Of a DNA stretch of 64,000 bases, positions 13,698-26,370 are shown piece by piece (position 1 is the first letter of the stretch; the number at the start of each line of letters is the position of its first letter). Origin of the DNA: Lama guanicoe. Its lineage: Eukaryota. The DNA is taken from positions 10,447,186 through 10,511,185 of the forward strand of contig MU054323.1 of assembly GCA_013239625.1 (NCBI GenBank), read 5' to 3'. The translations under genes were made by a program, and so were the position numbers. The notes under the pieces were generated by a model. It ran no database searches and had not been told where the DNA came from. It worked only from the letters and a program-made list of their open reading frames with translations.

Positions 13698-16453
13698 ATC
13701 TTTGGGGAATCTTAATAATTTTTAAGACACTCAAGTGATCCTGGGACAAAAAAGTTTGAGATCTGCTGATCTAGACCAGTGCTGAGGAGTTGGTGGGTCA
13801 ACAGATATATTTTGTGGTGAAACTGAGGAGTTATGGAGATACAGATTAAAAGAACGCCAGTTTACTAGAGGTGTAAGTGCAATATAGGTCCATGAGCATA
13901 CATTTCTCCCTTCTATCCTTATAGATGAAAAGTTCTGGCTCAAAATGAATTGGCACTGACAAACTGCAGTAATTGCCTCACCATTAATGGCACAGACCAG
14001 TGTGTCTTAGAAGTAGCCAGCCGTAACAAACCTGAGAAGGTACAGATGGTGCTAAGAAGCTTTCCTAAGAAAGCTTTTCTCACTACCTACCTGAGTGAGG
14101 GATCAGGCATCCTGTCAACAAGATAATGAAAAGATAAATGTTCAATCTATTCACATATGTATATATGTTGGACCCACATAAAGAATTATCCAAATCAGTG
14201 ATCATGAGTCAAACTGACTTCTCAATACCAGAACCTCTGATTTGACAGAGACTGAGAAGAGCCAATTATGTCAACAAAAGAACATCAAATAAGGAAGCAG
14301 CAGGTGGTCTTTGGATAGAGCAGCTTTTATTAGCCTAAATATTTTGATAATGTCCTTCACGCTTTAAATTTTGACTTCTATTTCAAGAGATTCTCTCCAA
14401 AAAACTGAAATCATGGTGTCTATCCAGCCTCAGTTTCTGTTCACAGGCATGCTCCAACTCCATGGCAATCAAATCTCTCCCTATTCTTTCCTCATTTTGA
14501 TGCTCCTTTTATCTCTCTCAATGGCATCACTCTCCTTGTCACTGAGGTTCCCAACTTCTGACACCATTTTCTCTCATGCCAATCTTAGCCACCCCCTTTC
14601 TTCCAGCATCCCCTGCCCAGTTTTCAATACGTTGCTGATTCCTGACAATTCTACTCAGTCTTTCATTGAGTCTCCACGGCCCTGAGTGATCTACTCCCTG
14701 ACTGGATCAACATGATCTGCCTGCCAAAGAAAATGAAACTTCTGTGAAGAAGAACATCATCCAGAACTTCTGGAATTCAATAAAATATTATCAGGAATGT
14801 TAGGTAACAGAGCCAAATGATCAAAAGCCAAGGTAAAAAAACAAAGAGAAACACAGACTTGAAATACCAGAGTACTGGAATTATCAAATACATACTTTAA
14901 AAAATTATCTGAAGAATATGTTAAAAAGTTGATGAAATATGAAGAATTTTCATCAGAGAACATGAATCTATGAAATAAGAATTAAATGGAATTCTGGAAG
15001 TGAAAAACATAATACTGAAAGAATGAATTCAGTAGAAGGGTTTAATAGTAGATTGGACACAGCAGAAGAGAGCATTAGTAAACTAGAAGAGAGCTCCGTA
15101 GAAAATAATCAGATTGAATTATAGGGAGAAAAAAAAGACAGAAAATACAGAAAAGAGTCAGAGACATACGAAATATAATGAAAAGTGTAAAATAGATGTA
15201 ATTTGAAGTCCCAGAAAGAGAGGATAAAGAGGAAAGGACAGAGGCAATATCTGAAGAAATAATGGCTGAAAAAATGTGAAATTAATAAAACATTGTTTCT
15301 TTATAAGCCCCAACCAGAATATACATAAAAACACATTCAGTCATAGCAAAATAAAGCTGCTTAAAATCAAAGACAAAAAGAAAATCTTTAAAATGCTAGA
15401 GGGAAAAAACACATTACCTTCAAAGAAGCATCAGTAAAGATGAAAACCACCTTTTCAACAGAAGCAATGAAGGGCAGAAGGGAACAGAGTGATACACACA
15501 AAGCACAGAAAGAAAATGACTGTCAGCCAAGAATTATTTACCCAGTGAAAACAGTCTTCAAAAATGAAGGCAAAATAAAGACATTTTCAGTCAAAACAGC
15601 TGAGAAGTTTTTTTCCCCCAGTACATCTTCACTAAGAGAAATATTAAGAAGAGTTCTTAAGGTAAAAGGAAAATTGGCCCAAACAGAAGCACAGTAATGT
15701 AAGGAACTCAAGAGCATTGAAAAGGGAAAATATGGGGGAATATTTAAATAAATTTTGACTATTTAACACAGTAATTCTCTCTTGAGAGATTTGAAATATG
15801 TGTAGCAATAAAATATATGACAACAAAAGGACAAAAGATGCAGTGGGAGTAATTGAAATTTAAGTAATCCAAGGTTCTCGCCTCATTTGGGAATGGTAAG
15901 CATACTAATTTAAGATATATACTCTAGTGATCTCTAAGGTAACAGATAACAATCATAGTAATATGATACATAACTAAGTACTTTTCCACAAAGGTTATTA
16001 TAGGCCAATATAGCTTTACCAGTGAATTCTTCCAAATATTTAAAGATGAGGTAAAACCAATTTCATACAAACTTCTAGCAGAAAATTAAAAACTAAGGAA
16101 GACTTCCCATTTTGTTTTATAAGGTTAGCATAACTTTGATAACAAAAGCCAAGAAGGCTTACAAGAAGGAAAAATTTTAGGCCAAACTCTCTCATAAACA
16201 GATGCAAAAGTTTTAAACCAAGTATTAGCAAATCAATATGAGTTACAGACAAAGTGGATAATCCATAACAAATTGGGCTTATTCCAGAATATAAGGTTGG
16301 TTTAATTCTCAAAATTAAATCAGTGTAATGCACTACTTTAATAGAAAAAAAAAGTAAACATTATATGAACAACTTGATAGATACAGAAAAAGCATTTGAT
16401 ATAATTCATCACCCATTCATGATTAAAACCCTTAACATATTAAGTATAGAAGT

Positions 16454-16962
16454 TGTGGTAGATTGTATTTTTCAAAAATGGTCACAGCAATTTCTGTTCC
16501 CCTTACTCCCTTGTGCTCTTCCAGAACTTGCAGCACTCTGTGACTATCTTGTTGAACAGAACACAGTAGAAATGATGCTGTGTGACGTTTGAAGCTAGAC
16601 CATAAAAGGCAGTGAAGCTTCTACCCTGACTTTCTGCGGGATACTCGCTATTGGAACCTATACACCACACTACAAGAAAGCTCAAATTATCCTGTACAGA
16701 AAAAGTGTATGGAGAAGCCCAAGTAGTGAGACCCCTGGCCAATAGCTAGCTAGCATCAACGACCAGATGTGAGTGACCAAGCTTTCAAGTGATTCCATTC
16801 CCTCAACTTCAAGTCTTCCAACTGAGGCCTCAGATACCGTGAAACAGAGATGAGCCATCTTTACTGTTCTCTGTCTAAATTCTTGACTCTCAGAATCTTT
16901 AAGCATAATAAATAGTCATTTTTGCCACTAAGTTTTAGGATGCAACCACAGGAACTGGAGCA
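16454..16962 (+). mobile_element. MaLR solo LTR (MLT1E/F/G-like) inserted in the L1 RT region
   Basis: Starts TGTGGTAGATTGTATTTTTCAAAAATGGTCACA; AATAAA near 16906; GCCACTAAGTTTTAGG; ends ...GGAACTGGAGCA (TG...CA). L1 sequence TAGAAG|GAAACTTCCTCAA resumes across it. Confidence 0.8.
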
Positions 16963-17415
16963 GAAAGGAAACTTCCTCAATCTGATAGAAGACATCTTTG
17001 AAAACCCTACACCTAATGTCACACCAAATGATGAGATATTAAGAGCTTTCCTCTGAGTTAAGGAATGAAACAATGGTATCAATTATCACCACTTCTAATA
17101 TGCATTTTACTGGTTCTCTCAGCCAATATGATAAGGCATGAAGAAGAAATAAAAGGCATAATGTTTAGAAAAGGAAAAATAAAACTGTCAACTTTGGCAG
17201 ATAACAGGATATAAAAATTCCAAAATAATCTATAAACTTTTAGAATCAGTAAGTAAATTTAGCATGGTCTTTGGATACAGCATCAATATACAACAAAAAT
17301 TATATTATAAAAAATGAGTCATACATTAGAAAAGTCCAAGTTTCTTCAAGAAATGAACAATAGTCACGTAAAATTATAAACCACTGGATCACCACTTTAT
17401 TGAAGGGGGCAGGTA

Positions 17416-17520
17416 GGGGTATATAGCTCAATGGTAGAGTGCATGCTTAGCATGCACAAGGTCCTGGGCTCAATCCCCAGTGCCTCCATTAAAAGAAATT
17501 GTCACAAAAGAAAAACAAAC
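17416..17520 (+). mobile_element. tRNA-Ala(AGC)-derived SINE, camelid Vic-1-like
   Basis: GGGGTATATAGCTCAATGGTAGAGTGCATGCTTAGCATGCACAAGGTCCTGGGCTCAATCCCCAGTGCCTCCA plus an A-rich tail. Has an A box, a degenerate B box and an AGC anticodon loop; CpGs have decayed to TG/CA. Confidence 0.85.
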
Positions 17521-17759
17521 TTTTTAAAACAACTTATACAAAAGAACTTAAAAATCACACAGGAATAAACCTAAAGAAATATTAGCAAGAACACAAAGAA
17601 AACTACAAAATATTACTGAGAGAAATTAAGGAAGTCCTAAATAAATGGAAAATCCTATTATGCCAATGGATTGGAAGATTCAAAATTATAAAAATATCAG
17701 TTCTCCTCAAGTTAATCTGTAGGTTAAATGCAATCCCAATCAAAATCTCAGCAGATTTC

Positions 17760-17791
17760 TGTGTGTGTGTGTGTGTGTGTGTTTGTGTGTG
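17760..17791. repeat. (TG)n microsatellite, interrupted
   Basis: Direct reading. Confidence 0.9.
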
Positions 17792-20700
17792 AGACGGCTC
17801 TAAAATGTATACAGAAAAGTAAAGAGCTAAGCATGGCAAAGACAATCCTGAAAAAGAACAAAGTTGGAGAATTTAGAGTACCTGATATCAAGATACATTA
17901 TAAAGCTACGTTAGCTAAAATAGAGTGGTATTGACACAAAGACAGACACTTTGAGACCAATGAATAGAACAGAGTCCAGAAACAAACCTACATTTATAAT
18001 TCCTGATTTATAACAAAGAGGCCATTGAATGCAATGGGGAAAAGGTAATCTTTTCAACAAACAGTGCTGCTTTAGTGGGCTAACTATATGAAAAAATGAG
18101 TCTGTTTCTCTACTTCATGCCATACATTGAAATCCACTTTAAATAAATTACAATCCTAAATATGAAAGCAAAACAATACAGCTTCTAGAAGATAACACAG
18201 AAGAATATGTTTCTGACACTGACATAGGTAAATATTTCTTAAACAGGACATAAAAAACACTAATCATAAACCAAAATTGGTAAATAGGAATTCATAAAAA
18301 TTAAAAACTTCTTCTCATTAGAAGATACTATTGAGTAAATGGAAAGACAAACCATGAGCTGGAAAAAAATATTTGCAATATTTGCAATATTCTCAATGGA
18401 TACATCTGATAAAGTACTTTTGTTCAGAATGTATAAGAAACTCCTAAAATCAATAAGAAAAAAATATACAGTACAATAACAACAAAAAGAGCAAAAGATT
18501 TGCACCGGTCCAATAAGCATATGAAAAGATGTTCAACATCATTATTCATCAAAGAAATGCAAATTTAAACAGCAATGAACTACCCAGCAGAATGGCTAAA
18601 GACAAGTAGAACAGAACAAAATAAACAAAACCCTGACTCTACCAAGGTGAGACTATGGAGCAGTTGGAAGTCTCATATACTGCTGGAGGGAGTGCAAATT
18701 GGTACAGCCACTTTGGCAAACTGCTTAGCAATACCTTCCAAGGCTAAATAAACAGACACATATTTTTGACCTTCCTAAGGAAATACTGAAAAGAAATGCA
18801 TACATATGTGCACCGAAAGACATGTGCATGAATAACCTAATTCGCTGGATAAACTGGGGTACATTTATAAAATGGACTATTGTACAAAGAAAATTGAATT
18901 ACCATGATATACAACTAGATGGAAATAACTCACAGACACAAAACATCTAATACTATTTATATGCTCATTCATATAAAGTTACATACATTTTAAAAGTAGG
19001 AAACCCTAATTCATAGGGAAAGAAGTCCAGATAACGATTATTTTTAAGGAATCTGTAATGACCAGAGGGGGCCTAGGGTGGCTTCTCATGTGCTGGGAAA
19101 TATTCCATACCATGTCTGTGTGGAAGTTATACGAACAATTTCGTTTTGTAAAAATTCATGTACTGAGGTATGGTTTTTAGTGTATGTATATTATATTTCT
19201 TTTAAAAAGTGTAAAGAATAAAAAGAAAAAAAGTGAGTGGTGGCTGGGGTGCTGATGGCAACAGTGCCGACTTTCTGTTCTAGGCAGACCTGTACTTCTT
19301 TTCCCAAATGCCCAAAGCATGGGCTCCACACAAGTGTCATGTATAGACTTCCAGTTACCATTGTGTAACTAGCTCTACAGCAGCAACACCTGACTATTTT
19401 GCCTCTGGGAAAATATTGTGAATTCAAGAAAACGCTCTCTTTCACAAGACAGCTTTGCAGCATAGAAACTTACTCTTGCATTCATTTTTTATTCTGTTGG
19501 ATTTGGGGAAGTTTAGTTCAAGTAGATTTTCTAGAGGAATGAAAGTCAGGCAGGGTAGGGGGGACAAAGATGGGTGTCGGGAGGGGTGATTCATCAGATC
19601 AAATTGAAGGGCAAAGACAGAGGAGCACAAAAGCCTGAACTAATTATCTACTCAAAGTGCTTTGCCAGTCGCGCCCGTCTGCCACTCCTGCCACTTGTCA
19701 GGGCCCAGGCTTTGGCATCACTTTGAAGGGAGACCTTAGGGAACCCTTGAAGTTACTGCAGAAGAAGCTTCTGTCTAATCTGCACCCCCTCTTCTCCCCC
19801 CTACTTAGCCACCAGCTCTCTCTCTGATTCTTCAGCTGGCCTCCTGGAGCAGCAGTCGGGAGGGGAGTGGAGAAGCAGTGAGGAAGGCGGCAGGCGAGGT
19901 CGGCAGCCAGTCCTGGAGAAATTCCCTCCTTGCTGAACCAGAGGCACTTGTCAGGACAGTCAGGCCTCAGGGAGCCCAAAGGCAGCATTGCAGGAGGAGG
20001 GCTTCTCCTTCCGAATGTCTCTAGTATTCCACCTTATCTCAGGTCACACCATCTCCATTTGACTGACGAGGATACAGGCTCAGAGAGCTGAAGGCCCCCG
20101 TCCGAGACCACAAACTTTGTATCTGGCAGAATCTTCCTCTCCTCTGTCTTATCCCAGAGACGCTCCCTACTCTGCAGGGGTGCCTCCTTTCTCCAGGCTC
20201 TTACCCGGGTGAATACTCTGGGCCACCCCGGCTTAGCTGCATGAATCTACATCTCCAGGCCTTCCAAGTCGACACCAGAAGGAAGCAGATGTCGCCATCC
20301 TCACCCCTCCACTTAGTGACTGGCCACATCCCTGCTTGGTGAACCTGTGGGGCCAGTCTCTGTTTGGCCCTGGTCTCTCAGTCAAAGGTTTGAAAAATCT
20401 GGCTGGAAATTTAAGACAGCCAAGAGCATAGCTGGCTCCTACTGAGTAAAGAGCACTGAGACCCCGATAAAGGCTCATTCATCTCCAGGAGCTTCATGCT
20501 TGAAAGGCTCCAAGCGCCTGAAGAGAAATTGTGCAAACTGACATCACAATAAACAGAGAAAGCATGTCTATAATATCCCAGACAGGCAGCAGTGCGACTG
20601 GTGGCACCAAGTTCCACAAGTGCAATGAAAGGGAAGTCTCAGTGGTGCCATGTAGGACTAACTTCAGACAGATGGGTGGGGACTGTGGAGCAGAGGCCCC

Positions 20701-21789
20701 AGCCAGGGCGTTGCGTGCCCCACCAGCACTTGCTATGGGAGGGAATGGTCACAAGACTCCCTGGGAACAATCTATTAATTTATGATGCTGAGGCCAATAG
20801 GATTTGTTACTTTCCTGATGATAAACTGAGGCTCAGACTCACATCTTTAGTTGCCAGCTCAGTTGCTGCCCTCTTCTCCCCATGCATCCATCCAGTCTTC
20901 CATCTATGCATCCATCCAGCCACCTGACATATAATGAGCACATAATAGGTTCTAAGCTTTGAAGATAAACAAGAAAGAATCGATTTCTGGCCTTGACAGT
21001 CCAACAATAGTATTGTGGAAATGACAGACATAAAATAACCACAATCTTTTTAAAATACCAGTAGTTTTCTCCCCCATTTATAAAATAATTGTAGGAATGA
21101 TAACTGTAGAAAAAATGGAAAATATCTGAAAGTATCCAGAAGGATATAAAAACCACACATAATCCCACTATGCAGAAACAAGCACTGTATGTATTTAGGG
21201 ATAAGGATATAGCTCATGACCATGGTGAAGGAAGCAGAAAGCGGGCAGGAGCACAGAAGAGAGAGGGAGTTGGTGGCCCAGGCAGTCAGGAGGGCTTTCC
21301 AGGTGGAGGAGGGCTTCCCTGGGAGGGAGTGCAGGAAGGGGCAAGAAAGCATGGTGTGTAGGCTGGGACTCAGGGTGTGTGAGGGCACCCAGGAAAAAGA
21401 GGGGAGAGGAGAGAAAAGACAGGTCAGGCAAGTTGCAAAGCAGCCCCTCCTGCAGAAAGAACTTGGATCCCATCCTGTAAGCCATTCTTGCTGTAGTGTT
21501 GCATGCAGAAATTAGTTGTGAAATGCATTGCTAGTAATTTGTTAATAATGATTCTTCAGGTACTGACTGACTTGCCATTTTATTATTATTTTTCATTAGA
21601 GCAGATTCAAGGAGGTCACTATGCACCTCACTCTCACTCCTTTGCCTTCTAGTCAGTTTCAAGAGGGGATGGGAAAGGGGTACAGCAGAGCAAGGATGGT
21701 GCCCCCAACCCATTCCCCTGGAAATGAGCATGAGCACCATCACTCCTGCCCCGCTGAAAACTGTCTGCTTTGCCTCCCCTTCCTGTTCT

Positions 21790-22180
21790 GATTAAGTTCT
21801 GTGAGGGCAGAGTCATATGTCTTATAATTTGCTATATCCCCAGTCCCTAGCACATTTCATTCATTCATTCATTTATTAATTTAATATGTATTGAATGCCT
21901 ACTATGCATTGAACAACTGACTCACTTCAATATATTGAACAAACTTCCTCACTTCATGGAGTTTACAGGCGGACAGGGGCAGACTTTAGGCGAATAAACA
22001 CACCAATAAATGTTTCATTATAAACAGTGACAAATACTGTGAAAGAATAGCACAGGGGTTCTGCATGGGAGTACTAATTAGACTGGAAGCAATGAAGAAA
22101 TCACTGAGAAAATTACATTTCTGCTGGTTCCTAAAGGGGCTGGAACATACTAGGCACTAAATAAAATGTATTGAATGGAA
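21790..22180. mobile_element. Nested L2 3' ends: a plus-strand copy interrupted by a minus-strand copy at ~21857-22135
   Basis: TAAGTTCTGTGAGGGCAGAG...CCCAGTCCCTAGCACA, then (TTCA)n...TATTGAATGCCTACTATG on the reverse strand, then TAGGCACTAAATAAAATGTATTGAATG. Confidence 0.6.
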
Positions 22181-23094
22181 GAAAAGTCAAAATCTGCATA
22201 TGCTAATGGATGTGTGTCATGCATGAAGCTTGTCTCCATCTAAGCCTGGCTGCTGTGGCCAACAGTTGAAGAACTTGTAGTACGGGAATGACAGAGAGAA
22301 GTGTTTTAAAAAGATGACAGCTGCGTCTGTTGGATCTTAGCTTCTTTTTCTGTAATTTCTGGGAAGAGGCCTGCATGATTTCTTCTACCTCTCCCTTTCC
22401 AGAATCCTTGACCAGTCAGTTAACAGATATCTGGCCCACAGGCAAACTTGGCATGCAGGCTAGGTCAGCTTTGTCCTCTGTCACCCCTCCCCCATTCAGT
22501 CTTCTTCTCAACTGCTATTCTTCTTTTAATTGTCTTCAAACAACTCCAGTGGGCCTCACTCTATTCTTCCTCTCCTTATCTAAACTGTTTTCATAAAGTG
22601 AAATCAAAGAATGATGTAAATGCCTGATAAAGCTTAGTGCTTTATTACTTCCCCTATTAGCGATGATAAATTCTTGAGGCAAATAATGGAATGCAATAAT
22701 GGAAGTCCGGCCAAATAGAGGGCCACGGATGGCTGTCCTGGGCCCTACACTCTGCCTTCAGGGACTTGACTGGGTGATGGGGAGGTGGGATTCCCATTTG
22801 CCACTTGGTGGGCAGAGAATGCAGGGTGGTCTAGGCTGCAGTACAGACCGAGGACACCAGATTAGAAAGGCTATGGATCTATATAGGAGGAGGTGATCTA
22901 TCAGTGAGAGTTAAGCTAAGCAGTGTGGGCTGGGTTAGGTTTGGGTACATGAAGAGGAGCAGGGAGATAATGCCTGGCATAGAAGGTCTGAGTGGGTCAC
23001 TGGAGACTGGAATGAGCCAGGAGGCCTAGAAATTACATAACCATCATTAACATGCTGAGTACCACCCTAACCCATAGGCCAGAGACAGAAGCAT

Positions 23095-23290
23095 GTACCA
23101 GAGAAAGCTGTTCTGTCACTTACCAGCTCTGTGGTTGGCAGCACAATACTTACTTTTCTGGGATTTCATATCATAAAATGAACTACAATACTTACTTCTC
23201 TAGTTGTAGTAAGGATTTAGGAAAATGGAAACCATGAAATTGCCTAGGAGAGTGCCTGGCACGTAGTGTGTGTTCAGCTGATGTTTGATT
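23095..23290 (+). mobile_element. MIR SINE
   Basis: CTGTCACTTACCAGCTCTGTG...TCATAAAATG...AGTGCCTGGCACGTAGTG. Confidence 0.65.
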
Positions 23291-25234
23291 TTCTTTCCTT
23301 CCCAGCTAAGCAAAGTCAGTAAGTCCCCACCCTCAGGGTCAGGCTGTTTCATCAGAGACTATATGATTCTTAACAACTCGGAGTGCTTCCCAGATTTTGA
23401 AGGTCACAGGCTAAAGGGGTAACCTCTCAAGGTTTCCAGCTCTTCCTACTCTAGGAGACAGTTCTAAGGGTGACAGATCCTAACTGGCTGCCAGTTTTAG
23501 AGGTGGAGGGAGGGCAAGCATGGGGGTGTGGAGAGATGTAAAGGACAGCAGGGCTCAGCGTGATAAGGGGCAATGAGAAAGGCGGAGAGTTCAGATGAGC
23601 CTGGATGACTTAGGGCAAATTGCTTACCCGACTAGTACAAGGTCAGCAGTCAGGAAATGTGAGCTGAATCTGAATGGGATTTAGAATCTGACAGCTCAGG
23701 TTCTAACTGGAGGTGCTGTGCAGGAGCATATACTCAAGGTAAGTCAAGATCTTTTGCCAGCAGATAACACATTGATTTTAAACAAAAAAGTAAAATAGAC
23801 TATTTTCCCAAGTCTGAGTTCAATATTGATAAGCTGTGCAAAGCACTGCCCCACTTGGTGTCTGTTTCTCCATCCATAAGAAATGAGAAGCCTGTTGCAC
23901 TTTCAGCTTCTCAGAGTCTCCCAAGTTCCCTGCTTTTGGCTTCAAATCAAATAAATAGAAACATGAACAGTAATATAATCACGAATATGAATACAAACAC
24001 ACATGTGAACATAAATGTGTTCATATATATAAAACATAAAGATAAACATATGTATGAATGTGGTATGTGTCTCCTTCTCATCTTTTAGTCAATCAACAAA
24101 TCATTGTATTGTGCACATGACTATAATGATCCCTATTTTGTATAAAGGACATTGCAGCCTCAGAACAGTGCTCACATTCATTGTCTGCTGTGAGTCACAC
24201 AAGCTTCTTCTGAGAAAGGTAGGGCAGGTGCTGTCACCCGTGTGTGTACGCAGAAACAGCTGTGGACAGGTGGAGGACTTGCCTCCCTGGTGGCCATTGC
24301 TTTCTTTCTACTACTCTCTTACTCTGTGCTTTTCCAGGAGGGCTTTGAAATAGAGGCTTATTCTGTGCTCTCAATGATCCTATAGACCATCTAGGAATGA
24401 GTTATTTGCGTATGCAAATCAATTCACCCCACCAGGTTATTTAGTGGAAAGGTTCCACCCTGAGCTTTGTAGGCTGCAGGCCTGCCTGAGAGAGCCCTAG
24501 GATCTGAGCTCCTGAGCACAGCTTTCTTGGAGCAAAGCTGTCACCAAGACCTAGTAGGGAGCTAACAAGCAGGCCAGAGGATGGGGATGCTTAAACATGC
24601 AGGTCTGAAGCTCACTTTTTATCCATGTGGTGATTTTGGAATTAATTAAATATCCAATTTTACCAAAGCTTTAGGGTGTTTTTGCTCTAGATAGCTTCTT
24701 TTCTCTTAACTAAATTGAGGCCCATAAATGAGAAATACAGTGCATGAAATCTCTGGATGTCACACCATAAATCTCAGGCATGTGGCTTTGCAAATCTCCT
24801 TTAGGATAAATTGTAGCGATAAAGTATTTGCGTTTTCTCCATGTATTGTTTGGTGCAGGGAGCTGAGCCCTTTCCAGTCATGGGCATGGCTGCAGACCCA
24901 AAACACGGGGTAAGACATGGGGCCACGAGGCAGCTTGCCCACGGGCCTGAAGTCGCTGGTCCTCTGCCCTTCTGCCACCACCCAGAAGCAGGAGTGCTTC
25001 TGCTCTGACAGTGACCTTCCGAGAAGTTAGGAAAATGCAGGGGAGAGCATTCATCTCAGGGTGGAAGTCACAGGTTTAGACCAGTAAAGGGGCACAGGAT
25101 TCTTAGAATCTGGTATGGAAATCTTTGACCTAAAATATACTAGACACAGAACCAAAATTTGTTATTTTTTCTCTTTTTCATTTCCTTAAACCTGTGACTC
25201 AATGTTGTATTCATTCAATTAAATGCGGAAAAGC

Positions 25235-25900
25235 AGTTCTAAAAGAATGAATAAACTACATATTTCAACACAGAAACATCCACAAAACAATGTGGAGTGA
25301 AGAAACACCAGTTCCGAAAGACATATGTAGTGTGACTGAAACAAGAACACGCATTGACCATGGCCACATTCATACATAGGAAGAGTATCAAGTCTCACAT
25401 GGAAGAACACCCAGTGACTTCAGGAGAGCGATGGGGGGAGATAACGGGGGAAAGGAGTGAAGCTTTAGTTTTAGTCATTAAAAAATGGGGAAAGAAAAAA
25501 AAAAGTAAATAGGGCAAAATGTTAATACCTATTGATTCTAAGCAGTGGTTACATGGATGTTTATTACACTTGTTATATTATTTTCTGTATGTCTTCAACA
25601 TTTCATAATTAAAAGTAAAATACTATTTTAAAAAAGAATAAAAGTTATATATTTTTTGCCTTTTGGAGAGATGTGAAATGGCATCTCATTGCTTTAATTT
25701 GAATTCCCTGAGGTTGAGCATCTTTTCATAGTTTTATTGACCATTCTATTTCTCTTTTGTGAACTGCCTGTTCATATCTTTATTTTCCTTTTATTTATTT
25801 GTCTTCCGTGCTTTTTATTTTTGACCTGGAAAAACCTGTCTAACAACTCTTTAAATCGACAGAACTTATATTGTAAGTATTTTCAGAGTTTGCTGCGTCA
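25235..25900. mobile_element. L1M fragments: 3' end on the plus strand (~25235-25645) abutting a minus-strand fragment (~25650-25900)
   Basis: AAAAGAATGAATAAACTACATAT...GGCAAAATGTTAATA...GGTTACATGGATGTTTATTA, then GTGAAATGGCATCTCATTGCTTTAATTTGAATTCCCTGAGGTTGAGCATCTTTTCATA. Confidence 0.65.
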
Positions 25901-26214
25901 TGTGGGACTGTTTATCTCTGTACTAAGTGGTCCCAGGATGCCTGTTTATATATCTTGTCTCTGTTTTTACTGTCCCCCTGCCCCAGGGACATGCTGACTT
26001 TTCTTTCTGTTGTCAGTCAACCTACCCACTTACTTTACACATCAGCCAAAAAGAGAGGCCAGTCAGACACAGGAAGGGAAGCAGAACCGGGGCTGGCTGG
26101 GTCAGGCTACAGCCTGATAGGCACTATCAACACACAGGTGGATACAAAAGGGGGCACTGAGGAAGCTCCAAGAAAAGCCATCTATCATCTAGGAAGCTGG
26201 ACTAGGTGTCCTAA

Positions 26215-26370
26215 GCCAGTGCTTTCAATGTGCTTATGAATCTCCTAGAGACCTTGTTAAAATGCAGGTTGTGGTTTGGCGAGTCTGGGTGATGCCTGAA
26301 ATTCTGCATTTCTAATGAGCTCCCAGGTGATGCTGTTGCTGGAGCAAGGGTCACATTTGTGTGAGATCCT
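26215..26370. mobile_element. MER5-family hAT MITE
   Basis: GAATCTCCTAGAGACCTTGTTAAAATGCAG...ATTCTGCATTTCTAATGAGCTCCCAGGTGATGCTG. Confidence 0.75.

Larger units (their letters stand above)
10687..13768 (+). mobile_element. Charlie1b-like hAT DNA transposon (10687-11104 and 13698-13768) split by a young L1
   Basis: Left TIR CAGTGTTTCTCCAAGTGTGG and right end AAAAAGTTTGAGATCTGCTG. Degenerate 8-bp TSD AGCTACAC (10679-10686) / ATCTAGAC (13769-13776). The halves rejoin at AAAAATCTTTGGGGAATCTTAATAATTTTTAAG. Confidence 0.8.
14725..19232 (+). mobile_element. Ancient L1 (L1ME/MD-type): decayed ORF1, internally deleted ORF2 and 3' end; hosts an LTR, a SINE and a microsatellite
   Basis: ORF1 remnant CQPRIIYPVKTVFKNEGKIKTF (15440-15697). 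ORF2 remnants [20 protein letters not shown] (16365-16445) and MAKTILKKNKVGEFRVPDIKIHYKA (~17830-17930). A-rich tail near 19215-19232. Confidence 0.88.

Noticed and set aside
17416..17488. Functional tRNA-Ala(AGC) gene
   Set aside because: The B box is mutated (GGCTCAA), CpGs have decayed, it has an A-rich tail instead of an oligo-T terminator, and it lies inside an L1. This fits a SINE.
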